Origin: Bacteroidota bacterium
Lineage (GTDB): Bacteria; Bacteroidota; Ignavibacteria; Ignavibacteriales; Ignavibacteriaceae
Direction of reading: 5' to 3'
NCBI GenBank assembly: GCA_023453665.1
Contig: JAEXTA010000089.1
Span: 64,846-128,845 of the forward strand
DNA: 64,000 nt
Shown: positions 1 to 9,010 of the stretch, one piece after another
How the letters are laid out: each line of letters begins with the position of its first letter
Numbering within the stretch: the stretch's first letter is position 1
The notes under the pieces: model-generated
The model's database searches: none
What the model was told of the DNA's origin: nothing
Seen by the model: the letters and a program-made list of their open reading frames with translations, nothing else
Position numbers and translations under genes: made by a program

Positions 1-255
1 TTGAATAAAGCTATGAAGTTTTTAATGTTGCAGTACGCATTTGAAACTCTCTGCTGCGAAAGGGTTGAATTCAAAACCGATGTAAAGAACCTGCAATCCC
101 GTAAAGCTTTAACAAAGATCGGTGCGGTCGAAGAAGGCGTTTTGAGGAGTCATACACAGATGCACAGCAACAGGCGGCGGGATACAATTTACTACAGCAT
201 ATTGAATAATGAATGGAACAGTCTGAAATCAAAAATTTTTAGTGAATTCATTTAA
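1..255 (+). CDS. GNAT family N-acetyltransferase, C-terminal fragment (5' end outside window)
   Basis: ORF runs from the window edge. The C-terminal GNAT-like sequence (ERVEFKTDVKNLQSRKALTKIGAVEEGVLRSH) resembles RimJ/RimL-type acetyltransferases. Stop TAA at 253-255. Confidence 0.7.
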   Translation: MNKAMKFLMLQYAFETLCCERVEFKTDVKNLQSRKALTKIGAVEEGVLRSHTQMHSNRRRDTIYYSILNNEWNSLKSKIFSEFI

Positions 256-277
256 TCAAAAAATTTTGGGATACCAA

Positions 278-757
278 ATGAATAAAGATGAATCAATAAG
301 ATTATACCTTGAAGGATATCATAAACTAAAAGAATGTCTGGAAGAACTTCCATCGGAAATGTGGGACTTCAAACCCGCGTCCGATAAATGGAGCGTACGT
401 GAAATTGTCATTCATATTATGGACAGCGAAATAAATGCTTATATAAGATGCAGAAAAATTATTGCAGAAAGCGGTTCAACAATTACGGCCTATGACCAGG
501 ATAAATGGGCAATGGCTTTAAATTATAAAGATCAGAATATTGATATTGCAGTTGAAGTGTTTAAGTTTCTTAGAATGATAACTCATGACTTGTTGATTTC
601 GCTGCCAGATGACGTATGGGATAATTATGTAATTCATCCTGAAACAGGAAATTTGAAATTAACAGAGTGGCTAAAAACCTATATCGTTCATATAACAAAA
701 CATTGCAGCCAGATGCGCCGTAATTACGACGAATGGCAAAAAAATAATAAAGTTTAA
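278..757 (+). CDS. DinB family (YfiT-like) protein
   Basis: ATG at 278; the GTG at 242 used by the ORF track overlaps the upstream stop. Helical-bundle DinB-like sequence with conserved His positions (VREIVIHIMDSE, YIVHITKHCSQM). Confidence 0.7.
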   Translation: MNKDESIRLYLEGYHKLKECLEELPSEMWDFKPASDKWSVREIVIHIMDSEINAYIRCRKIIAESGSTITAYDQDKWAMALNYKDQNIDIAVEVFKFLRMITHDLLISLPDDVWDNYVIHPETGNLKLTEWLKTYIVHITKHCSQMRRNYDEWQKNNKV

Positions 758-783
758 TTCATCATAATTATTCCGGAGAATCA

Positions 784-1281
784 ATGAGCAGCAACAGTCG
801 CCCTTTGTGGGATGAATACTTTTTAAAATTAGCAATGCTCGCATCAGAGCGTTCGACTTGCCCGCGTATGCATTGCGGGTGTGTGCTGGTTAAAGACCGT
901 TTTGTGCTTGCAACAGGTTACAACGGTTCAATACCCGGATTACCGCATTGTGAAGATGTGGGTTGTTTAATCGTTGAAAATCATTGTGTAAGAACAAACC
1001 ATGCAGAAATAAATGCACTGGTTCAGGCTGCAGTTCACGGAGTGAGTATTAAAGGCGCAACGGCTTACATTACAAATATGTCATGCACTACCTGCGCAAA
1101 AGCATTGATTGCTGCGGGTATAGTTCGTGTTGTTGTTTTTTCTGATTTTCACGATACACTTGCAACACAATTTTATACTGATTCAAAAGTTGAAATTGTT
1201 AAACTGCCTATGCCCGACAGAATGATTAAGTATGATCTTGAAAAATATACCTCAGCAAAAAAAACGGAAAAATCTAAATAG
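784..1281 (+). CDS. dCMP deaminase (ComEB-type cytidine/deoxycytidylate deaminase fold)
   Basis: Zinc-ligand motifs HAEINAL and CTTCAKAL in the spacing typical of deoxycytidylate deaminases. ATG preceded by GGAGA. Confidence 0.8.
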   Translation: MSSNSRPLWDEYFLKLAMLASERSTCPRMHCGCVLVKDRFVLATGYNGSIPGLPHCEDVGCLIVENHCVRTNHAEINALVQAAVHGVSIKGATAYITNMSCTTCAKALIAAGIVRVVVFSDFHDTLATQFYTDSKVEIVKLPMPDRMIKYDLEKYTSAKKTEKSK

Positions 1282-1521
1282 GTATTCTCACAGGTTTTTT
1301 ATAGATATTTTTAACCGTTCAACATATTCAGGATAAATTCTGTTATTCATATGAATATTTTTGTTTGGTGTAATAATGGTTTTCATTGCATTGAAAATCA
1401 GTATCTTTAACCACTTTTTTCTGATGTGTTGAATAAATATCGCACACCCGGCTGAAAAAAATCAATTTAAAGACCAGGCAAATGTAAACCCGCACTTATT
1501 CCGCGGGTACATAAAAATAAT

Positions 1522-4200
1522 ATGACAGTTCCGTTACTTAATACAAAAATATTTAAACCTGCATCAGGACCTCAGACAATAATACGCAAACGTCTAACAG
1601 ATAAACTTAATGCGGGTCTTAAATCAAAAGTAATTTTAATATCGGCTCCTGCAGGATTTGGAAAAACCACACTCATAAGCACATGGACAGATAACACTGA
1701 AATCAAAACCGGATGGTTATCACTCGACCCAGCAGACAATGACCCGAACCGTTTTCTAACTTATTGCTTTGCTTCATTGCAGACCGTTCATAAAAATTTC
1801 GGCGATTCTACATTCTCACTTCTTCAATCACCGCAGGCCGTTTCAACAGAGCTTATAATAACAAATTTAATAAATGATATTTCTGCCTCCCCCGGAAAAA
1901 CAATTCTGGTACTGGATGATTTTCACCTGATTGAATCCAAAGAAATTCATACGACCATGGATTTTTTTATCGATAATCTTCCATCAAACCTTACTCTTGT
2001 TGTGCTAAGCCGGCAGGATCCGCCGTGGCATCTTTCAAGAATGCGTGTGAGAAATCAACTTACTGAATTGAGGGAAGCTGATTTAAGATTTACGGTTGAT
2101 GAAGCCGAAGATTTTTTTCGGGATACAATGCATCTTGAACTATCCAACAATGATATTGCCGCGCTCGAAACAAGAACAGAGGGATGGATAGCTAGTCTGC
2201 AGTTAGCCGGTCTCGCTATGCAAAACAGAAAAGACATTTCATCTTTCATTTCTGATTTTACAGGAAGTCATAGTTACATTGTTGATTATCTTACTGAAGA
2301 AGTTTTGCAGCATCAGTCTGCAGAGATTTCCGAATTTCTTTTAAAGACCAGCATTCTCAGCCGTTTTTGCAGTGGACTTTGTGACGCCGTAACCGGAAGA
2401 AATAATTCTACCGAAGTACTCGACTACCTGACCAAAACAAAATTATTTGTCATTCCTTTAAGCGATACAAGAATCTGGTACAGGTATCATCACCTGTTCA
2501 GCGACCTTTTGCAATATCGGTTATCACAAACTTATCCCGATAAAGTGAAAGATCTGCATATAAGAGCAAGTATCTGGTTTGAAGAAAACGGATTAATTGA
2601 AGAAGCATTTTATCATGCAATTCAGGGTGATGATTATGAAAGTGCCGCCGATCTACTGGAATCAGTTTCGGTAAATACTTTAATGAGAGGAGAAATTGTT
2701 ACTCTTCAAAAATGGATAACACAAATTCCAGAAAGTGCAATTAATTCAAGAGCTTTAATAAGTATCTGCCGGGCTTGGATTTACAATATTTCGGGAGAAC
2801 TTCAAAAAGTTGAACCGGAAGTTTTAAAAGCTGAGTCCGCTGTAACCGAAGGGCAAAAAAGATATAACGATTCCGAGGTCGCAAATATTAAAGGTCATAT
2901 CGTTTTGCTTCGTTCTTATTATTTCAGTCCTTTTTATACCGGCAATCCAGAGAACATTTTAAAGCACAGAGAACTTTTACTTGAAGCGAAAAAAAATCTG
3001 CGTACCGACAACCCGATTATACTCAGCATACTCCAGCTTGTAATCGGCGGAACATATTACTTTACGTGTGAATGGGACCAGGCACAGGCAGCTTTTACAT
3101 CAGCACAATATTATGGCGAGTTATCGGGGAATCATCTTGTAACTTTTGCAGCTATAAACAACCAGGCTGAAATTCTTTTTTACCAGGGAAAATTAAAAGA
3201 AGCTCATCATCTAATATCTTCGACTATTAATTCCGCAACACTTAAATACGGAAAGATGTTCCCGCCGTTATCATTCACTTATCTTGCAATGGGAAAAATT
3301 CTTTATGAAATGAATGATGTTGAAAACGCAGAAGAACATTTTCAATTGTGTATTAAACTTACCAACACAATTGCTAATCCCGCAATTTACCTTATGGCGT
3401 TGCTTCAGATGGCTTATATAAAACAGGTACAGGGCAATGTTAAGGAAGCAAAATCATATCTGCAAAAGACTGAAGTTGTCGGACCAATTAACACAATTTA
3501 TCTGCGGGAAATTACTGTTGAATCATTACGCGCGCGGGTTTTACTTCTGCAGAAAAATTATAAAAGTATTTTAGTTTGGATAGAAAAATTCCGCAAAGAC
3601 CCGATGACAAGCGCTGGATTATTTTCGCAGGCAAAATTAATTATCGCCAGAACTTTTGTTGCGTTGAAAGAAAATGATAACGCACTTCTTCTTTTATCTG
3701 AATTAAAAGATTCATCGGAAAAATTTAATGCGGATGGCTGGTTGATAGAAACTCATATTCTTGAAGCACTTGCTTTTGACAGCGAGGGAGAAACAAACCG
3801 GGCAATTGAATCTATCCGGCACGCATTAACACTCGCCGAACCACAGGGATATTTCCGGTTGTTCACTGACTTCGGCGAAAGAATCGTTGAACTGCTTGAA
3901 ACTGTTCTCGCAATTTATCCTGATGATGAATCATTTTCTGCAGGATATGTTTCCTCTTTAATCAAGCAGATAAATTCTGAGTTTGGTTCCAACGGTCAGC
4001 CCCAGGATGAACAACTAAGCGATAGAGAAGTAGAAGTGTTAAGATTAATTTCTGCGGGCTTTTCAAACAAAACAATAGCTGAGAAATTATTTGTCGCGAT
4101 AGGAACTATTAAAAAACACACTCACTCAATTTATCAAAAGCTTGATGTTGACAGCCGTACTAAAGCTATAAAAAAAGCCCGTGAGCTTAATATCATTTGA
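1522..4200 (+). CDS. MalT-like LuxR family transcriptional regulator (STAND NTPase + TPR-like region + C-terminal HTH)
   Basis: Walker A (SAPAGFGKTT), Walker B (ILVLDDFH), a long helical repeat region, and a C-terminal LuxR/GerE HTH (REVEVLRLISAGFSNKTIAEKLFVAIGTIKKHTHSIYQKLDV). Confidence 0.85.
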   Translation: MTVPLLNTKIFKPASGPQTIIRKRLTDKLNAGLKSKVILISAPAGFGKTTLISTWTDNTEIKTGWLSLDPADNDPNRFLTYCFASLQTVHKNFGDSTFSLLQSPQAVSTELIITNLINDISASPGKTILVLDDFHLIESKEIHTTMDFFIDNLPSNLTLVVLSRQDPPWHLSRMRVRNQLTELREADLRFTVDEAEDFFRDTMHLELSNNDIAALETRTEGWIASLQLAGLAMQNRKDISSFISDFTGSHSYIVDYLTEEVLQHQSAEISEFLLKTSILSRFCSGLCDAVTGRNNSTEVLDYLTKTKLFVIPLSDTRIWYRYHHLFSDLLQYRLSQTYPDKVKDLHIRASIWFEENGLIEEAFYHAIQGDDYESAADLLESVSVNTLMRGEIVTLQKWITQIPESAINSRALISICRAWIYNISGELQKVEPEVLKAESAVTEGQKRYNDSEVANIKGHIVLLRSYYFSPFYTGNPENILKHRELLLEAKKNLRTDNPIILSILQLVIGGTYYFTCEWDQAQAAFTSAQYYGELSGNHLVTFAAINNQAEILFYQGKLKEAHHLISSTINSATLKYGKMFPPLSFTYLAMGKILYEMNDVENAEEHFQLCIKLTNTIANPAIYLMALLQMAYIKQVQGNVKEAKSYLQKTEVVGPINTIYLREITVESLRARVLLLQKNYKSILVWIEKFRKDPMTSAGLFSQAKLIIARTFVALKENDNALLLLSELKDSSEKFNADGWLIETHILEALAFDSEGETNRAIESIRHALTLAEPQGYFRLFTDFGERIVELLETVLAIYPDDESFSAGYVSSLIKQINSEFGSNGQPQDEQLSDREVEVLRLISAGFSNKTIAEKLFVAIGTIKKHTHSIYQKLDVDSRTKAIKKARELNII

Positions 4201-4903
4201 GTTTTAACCACGTAATTTTTCTATCCTTCTTAAACCCGATTTTATTGACAAGATTAATTGCATTCAGATTATCTTCTTCAATATTTGCAAAAGGTATTTT
4301 TCCTTTAGCAATTACTTTTTGTGCAAGAGAGATCGTCGTTGATATTCCAAATCCCCGTCGTTTATAATTATCCATCACCTGTAAAAATCCTAACGAACCA
4401 TCATCGTGTGTTAATGCCCAGGCGGCTAGTTCATCATCAATACGAATGCAGGAACTTAATCCGTTCTGAATCCTCTCGATTATATAATCGATAGAAAGAT
4501 AATCTTTATACTTTGCATTTTTCATGATGAAAAAAGCATCATCGAGAATAAGTGAACTTGTTGTATGTGCAGTTTGCGGAAGTGTAATTTCTTTTGGCAG
4601 ATAATAACGCATAGTAACAAGTTTCCATTCAATATTTCTTTCTTTAGTTATGTGCGGTATCATCCAGTCTTCAACTGAAGCATAATACTCATCTTCACTG
4701 CCTAAAGATTCAAGCAACATGAAAAATTCACTATCATCTTTACTGCTGATATAAACCCAGAGTTGGTCACTTTTTTGTTTTATCATTAATGATTGCCCGA
4801 CCTGCTTAAAATCCTGTACGCCATTGTTTTCTATAAAACCTGTGATGCTCAGATTTCTGATCGGGTCTTCTGAAAGTACTGTAAGTATGTTTTCAATATT
4901 CAT
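4193..4903 (-). CDS. GNAT family N-acetyltransferase
   Basis: C-terminal acetyl-CoA binding-like motif (QVMDNYKRRGFGISTTISLAQ...NLVNKIGFK). ATG start. Its 3' end overlaps the convergent regulator gene by 8 nt. Confidence 0.7.
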   Translation of the reverse strand: MNIENILTVLSEDPIRNLSITGFIENNGVQDFKQVGQSLMIKQKSDQLWVYISSKDDSEFFMLLESLGSEDEYYASVEDWMIPHITKERNIEWKLVTMRYYLPKEITLPQTAHTTSSLILDDAFFIMKNAKYKDYLSIDYIIERIQNGLSSCIRIDDELAAWALTHDDGSLGFLQVMDNYKRRGFGISTTISLAQKVIAKGKIPFANIEEDNLNAINLVNKIGFKKDRKITWLKLK

Positions 4904-5007
4904 TTCTTACTTTTATTCTTAATCTTTCTCTTATTCTTACTCTTTGTTCGCACAAATTATTTTCTTCATTATATTTCAAGAGCAAATATAAATAAAGAGT
5001 CCTGCAA

Positions 5008-6186
5008 TTGAATCCATACAAGTCGCTTAAAAGTCTTCCGCATGATATGTGGATACTTTTCTTTGCCACACTTATCAACCGTTCAGGAACTATGGTTCTC
5101 CCTTTTCTTGCATTATATCTTACACAGGATTTAAGGGTTGCCGCAACATCTGCGGGATTATTGATTGCTTTTTACGGCGGCGGAGCTTTACTGACAGCGC
5201 CATTTGCAGGGAGATTAAGCGATAAACTCGGCGCATTAAAAGTGATGATATTTTCTCTCATCATTTCAGGAATTCTTCTTATAGTCTATTCATTTATTAC
5301 TGAATATATTTTTCTAATTGCACTAACACTTATTTGGGCAGTTGTAAGTGAAGCATTTCGTCCGGCGAACCTTGCATACATTTCAGAGGTTGTTTCTGCA
5401 GATCAGAGAAGAGTAGCGTATGCTTTAAACAGGCTTGCAATCAATATCGGGATGAGTATCGGTCCAGTTGCCGCAGGATTTCTTTCTTTAATTGATTACT
5501 CAATTATTTTTTATGTTGATGGAATCACATCTATCATTGCTGGTATTTTTCTTATTTATGCGCCATGGGAAAAGAGTAATAATACGATCTCATCAACTGA
5601 AACTTCAGAAGAAGATATAAAAACATTAAATCATTCTGACAGCAATAAAAAATTAATTTATTTTCTGATTGCTATGATTCCCATCTCAATGGTTTTCTTT
5701 CAGCACATATCAACAATGCCTTTGTTTGTTGTTGATGAATTAGGAATATCAGCAGCTACATACGGATTGTTATTTGCTATTAATACAGGGTTGGTAATTT
5801 TATTTGAAGTTCCTTTAAATGATTACCTTGGAAAATTTAAAGAAGGCAGAGTGCTTGCTGTTGGGGCATTTCTAACCGGCTTGGGATTCGGCGGAATGGC
5901 TTTCTGCACCGATGTCTTTTCTGTTGCAATTACAATTGTAATCTGGACTGTTGGTGAAATGATAATACTTCCGATAAGTGTTTCGTACGTTTCAAACATT
6001 GCCCCCGATAATAAACGCGGTGCTTACATGGGCTTTTACCAAATGATTTTTAACTTAGCATTTACAATGGGACCCTGGCTTGGAACAATAATTATGGAAA
6101 CTCATGGAAGTAGAATCTTGTGGTATGCTATTTTTATCCTGGGTTTAATTTCAACATTAATGATGTTAAAGCTGGATAAAAAGTAA
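5008..6186 (+). CDS. MFS transporter
   Basis: About 12 hydrophobic segments, with an MFS-like loop motif (GRLSDKLG) between the predicted TM2 and TM3. TTG start at 5008; the alternative ATG at 5047 would shorten the N-terminus. Confidence 0.8.
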   Translation: MNPYKSLKSLPHDMWILFFATLINRSGTMVLPFLALYLTQDLRVAATSAGLLIAFYGGGALLTAPFAGRLSDKLGALKVMIFSLIISGILLIVYSFITEYIFLIALTLIWAVVSEAFRPANLAYISEVVSADQRRVAYALNRLAINIGMSIGPVAAGFLSLIDYSIIFYVDGITSIIAGIFLIYAPWEKSNNTISSTETSEEDIKTLNHSDSNKKLIYFLIAMIPISMVFFQHISTMPLFVVDELGISAATYGLLFAINTGLVILFEVPLNDYLGKFKEGRVLAVGAFLTGLGFGGMAFCTDVFSVAITIVIWTVGEMIILPISVSYVSNIAPDNKRGAYMGFYQMIFNLAFTMGPWLGTIIMETHGSRILWYAIFILGLISTLMMLKLDKK

Positions 6187-6229
6187 ATCTTATCCAGCGT
6201 CTTTTATCATAACTAATACTTTCTTGAAC

Positions 6230-6733
6230 CTAAATAGATTCTGAAACCTTAATTATTTTATTCGGGGCATGATTCCACGCATCACCTTTTTTACTGTCAT
6301 CATTGTTTGTGCTGTTGCCGTTTGCAAAAATTGTAATCTCTCCTGGTGTTTCTGGTGCAGTATATTTGAATTTGAAAATTACTTTTCCATCAACCGGGTT
6401 CTTAGGATCTGAATGAGTCAATTCACCTTTTTTCAAAACTAAACCCTCCCCCCTTTCTAACTTTCCTGAGGAAACGGCTATGTTTGTTCCGCCTTTCTTT
6501 AGCGGTCCGCCTGTTATTGTCAAAATATATTCCGCAGTTTGGTTTGCTTTGAGTTCTGATGGACCATCAATCATAACTGTAACTTTTGAATTTGCATCGC
6601 CGTGACAATCGCAGCCTTCGCCGTTCTTTTTTGTTGTTCCTATTTTGCCGTTTGTTTTTGCATAGATAATAAAACTAACTGTTACCAGAATTAATAAAGT
6701 TGTGACAGAGTGTTTCAGCAGTTTTGAGTTCAT
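6230..6733 (-). CDS. Exported hypothetical protein with a CxCH motif
   Basis: N-terminal signal/anchor (LLILVTVSFIIYA), then a beta-rich sequence carrying GEGCDCHGD. I recognise no family. Confidence 0.6.
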   Translation of the reverse strand: MNSKLLKHSVTTLLILVTVSFIIYAKTNGKIGTTKKNGEGCDCHGDANSKVTVMIDGPSELKANQTAEYILTITGGPLKKGGTNIAVSSGKLERGEGLVLKKGELTHSDPKNPVDGKVIFKFKYTAPETPGEITIFANGNSTNNDDSKKGDAWNHAPNKIIKVSESI

Positions 6734-6942
6734 TGATTTTCCTTATAAATAAAGTGTGAGGATAGATTTTCTTAATTACCGAACTTATTTCTTTTATCTG
6801 TAATAATTAGTTGCGCAAATCTTTGTTTTGTGACAAAACATATAAAATAAATATGACCATATCTGCAGTGGAATAAAATTGTTTTACTCGACTTCTATTT
6901 TTAATTTGCCGTTGCCTTTCCAAATAACTCAAAGGGAAAAAT

Positions 6943-7725
6943 ATGTCATTAACTTATTCAGGGTATCTGCATCTAGATGAATTACTTCATATTCAACAGC
7001 CGCGCTCGGAAGGTCCCGATCATGATGAAATGTTGTTTATAATTATTCATCAGACCTATGAACTTTGGTTCAAACAAATTTTGCATGAGATTGATCATCT
7101 TAAAAAACTGCTTCTGAAAAATGACCTGCCAAGAGCACTTCACACAATGAAAAGAATTCTGACAATATTAAAAGTGCTGGTTCATCAGACAGATATACTT
7201 GAAACAATGACGCCGCTTGAATTTCTTACCTTCCGCGACAGGCTTGAAACAGCAAGCGGATTCCAATCGTTTCAGTTCCGTGAACTTGAATTTTCTCTCG
7301 GGCAAAAAAATGATAAAATACTCTCGCGGTTTGAAGAACATTCTACTGAAAGAAAACTCCTTCAGAAAAGGTTTGATGCACCATCATTATGGCAGGCATT
7401 TTTAAACCTTTTGAAACAGAATAATTATTCAGTTCCCGAAAGTGCTGTCAACTCAACCAAAAACGATGAAGATGCAGAAGCTGTAGAAAAGATTTTAATT
7501 GATGTATATCAGAAGAACCCTGACATTGCGCAGTTCTGTGAATTACTGCTTGATATGGATGAAGGCTTCCAGGAGTGGCGTTACCGCCATGTAAAAATGG
7601 TTGAACGAACTATCGGCACAAAACAAGGAACAGGCGGTTCAGACGGAGTAAAATATTTAATGGCAACTTTATCAATAAAATTTTTCCCGTTACTCTGGTC
7701 AATAAGAAAGGATTTCAGTAAATGA
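6943..7725 (+). CDS. kynA: Tryptophan 2,3-dioxygenase
   Basis: Strong match to bacterial TDO signatures (YSGYLHLDELLHIQQP...HDEMLFIIIHQTYELWFKQILHE...FRDRL..ASGFQS.QFRE.E...WRYRHVKMVERTIG.K.GTGGS.G..YL). Confidence 0.9.
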   Translation: MSLTYSGYLHLDELLHIQQPRSEGPDHDEMLFIIIHQTYELWFKQILHEIDHLKKLLLKNDLPRALHTMKRILTILKVLVHQTDILETMTPLEFLTFRDRLETASGFQSFQFRELEFSLGQKNDKILSRFEEHSTERKLLQKRFDAPSLWQAFLNLLKQNNYSVPESAVNSTKNDEDAEAVEKILIDVYQKNPDIAQFCELLLDMDEGFQEWRYRHVKMVERTIGTKQGTGGSDGVKYLMATLSIKFFPLLWSIRKDFSK

Positions 7726-8918
7726 AAATTTCCCCCGAAGACATTTACAATTCTCCTAACAAACTGGCTTCACATTATTCAAAGTTTAAGGTTTCTAAAA
7801 AACTTTTATTCACCGGACATTCACATCAAGCCTGGCCGGACTGCGGTTTTACTGGTCAGAAAAAAGCATGGGAAGATGCCGCAGAGTTCGTTGATGATAA
7901 ATGGGAAAAAGCTTTTGAAAAAGCAGATGAGGTAAAACAAGGTTTTTCAAAACTATTAAATGATAAATCAGGTTATATAACACTAGCCTCCAACACTCAC
8001 GAACATTTAATAAAATTTTTATCAGCACTTCCACTCAAGACAAAACCTAAGCTGATAACATCTGATGGTGAGTTTCATACAATAAGAAGACAGCTTGACA
8101 GGCTTGGAGAAGAAGGAATAGAAATAGCAAAAGTTTCATCTTCACCTGTTGATGAAGTTGTTGGTAAATTAATTTCAAAGTGCGATGATAGTACTTCAGC
8201 AGTAATTGTGTCATCGGTTTTTTTTCAATCGGGATTAATTCTACCTCACTTAAGTGAACTTGCTGAACATTGTATTAACAACAACATCGAATTATTAATT
8301 GATACATATCATCACCTGAATGTTGTTCCTTTTTCGATCAAAGAAAATAAACTTGAAAATGCCTTCATCATAGGCGGCGGATATAAGTACTGCCAGCTTG
8401 GTGAAGGAAATTGTTTTTTAAGAATTCCGAAAGACTGTAAATTGCGTCCCGTTATTACCGGATGGTACAGCGAGTTTACAGCATTAGCAGATAAGAAAAA
8501 ACCAGGTGAGGTTATTTATGGAACTGGCGGTGATTTATTTGCTGGTGCAACATACGATCCTACCAGTCATTACAGAGCGGCAGAAGTTTTTAACTTCTAT
8601 AACGAAATGAAACTCACTCCTGAATTTTTACGTGAAGTAAGTCAGCACCAGGTTTCTTTACTTGCTGAAGAGTTTGACGCTTTGAACCTGGATGACAATA
8701 TTATAACCCGTGACAGGAATGTCGATATTAAAAACGTCGGCGGATTTCTTGTACTTAAATCCGAAACAGCCGGCACAATATCACAGAAGTTGAAAGAAAG
8801 CGGAGTATTGACTGACTACAGGGGAAGTTCTCTTCGGTTAGGTCCTGCGCCTTACATATCGGATAGTCAGATTAAAGAAGCTATTAAAATCTTAGGTAAG
8901 GTTGCTGCTGATTTATAA
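7722..8918 (+). CDS. kynU: Kynureninase-family PLP-dependent enzyme
   Basis: ATGA start/stop overlap with kynA. Fold-type I PLP enzyme with a YKY lysine motif (GGGYKYCQLGEG), GWY and a C-terminal DYRG..LRLGPAPY, which resemble kynureninase motifs. Confidence 0.7.
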   Translation: MKISPEDIYNSPNKLASHYSKFKVSKKLLFTGHSHQAWPDCGFTGQKKAWEDAAEFVDDKWEKAFEKADEVKQGFSKLLNDKSGYITLASNTHEHLIKFLSALPLKTKPKLITSDGEFHTIRRQLDRLGEEGIEIAKVSSSPVDEVVGKLISKCDDSTSAVIVSSVFFQSGLILPHLSELAEHCINNNIELLIDTYHHLNVVPFSIKENKLENAFIIGGGYKYCQLGEGNCFLRIPKDCKLRPVITGWYSEFTALADKKKPGEVIYGTGGDLFAGATYDPTSHYRAAEVFNFYNEMKLTPEFLREVSQHQVSLLAEEFDALNLDDNIITRDRNVDIKNVGGFLVLKSETAGTISQKLKESGVLTDYRGSSLRLGPAPYISDSQIKEAIKILGKVAADL

Positions 8919-9010
8919 AAAGTAAAAACAAAAGTATCAGTGCGTTTTCGTAAACTATAAATAATATCTAAATTTGATTCAGAAATTATTTTACAATGTA
9001 ATAAAGCGAT

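Noticed and set aside
4893-5078. 61-aa minus-strand ORF spanning the GNAT/MFS intergenic region.
   Set aside because: It overlaps both the GNAT start and the MFS start, and the sequence is implausible. It is more likely promoter region read by chance.
6230-6733. Possible c-type cytochrome because of a Cys/His motif.
   Set aside because: The motif is CDCH (CxCH), one residue short of the CxxCH heme-attachment site, and only one copy is present. It is kept as a curiosity and not called a cytochrome.
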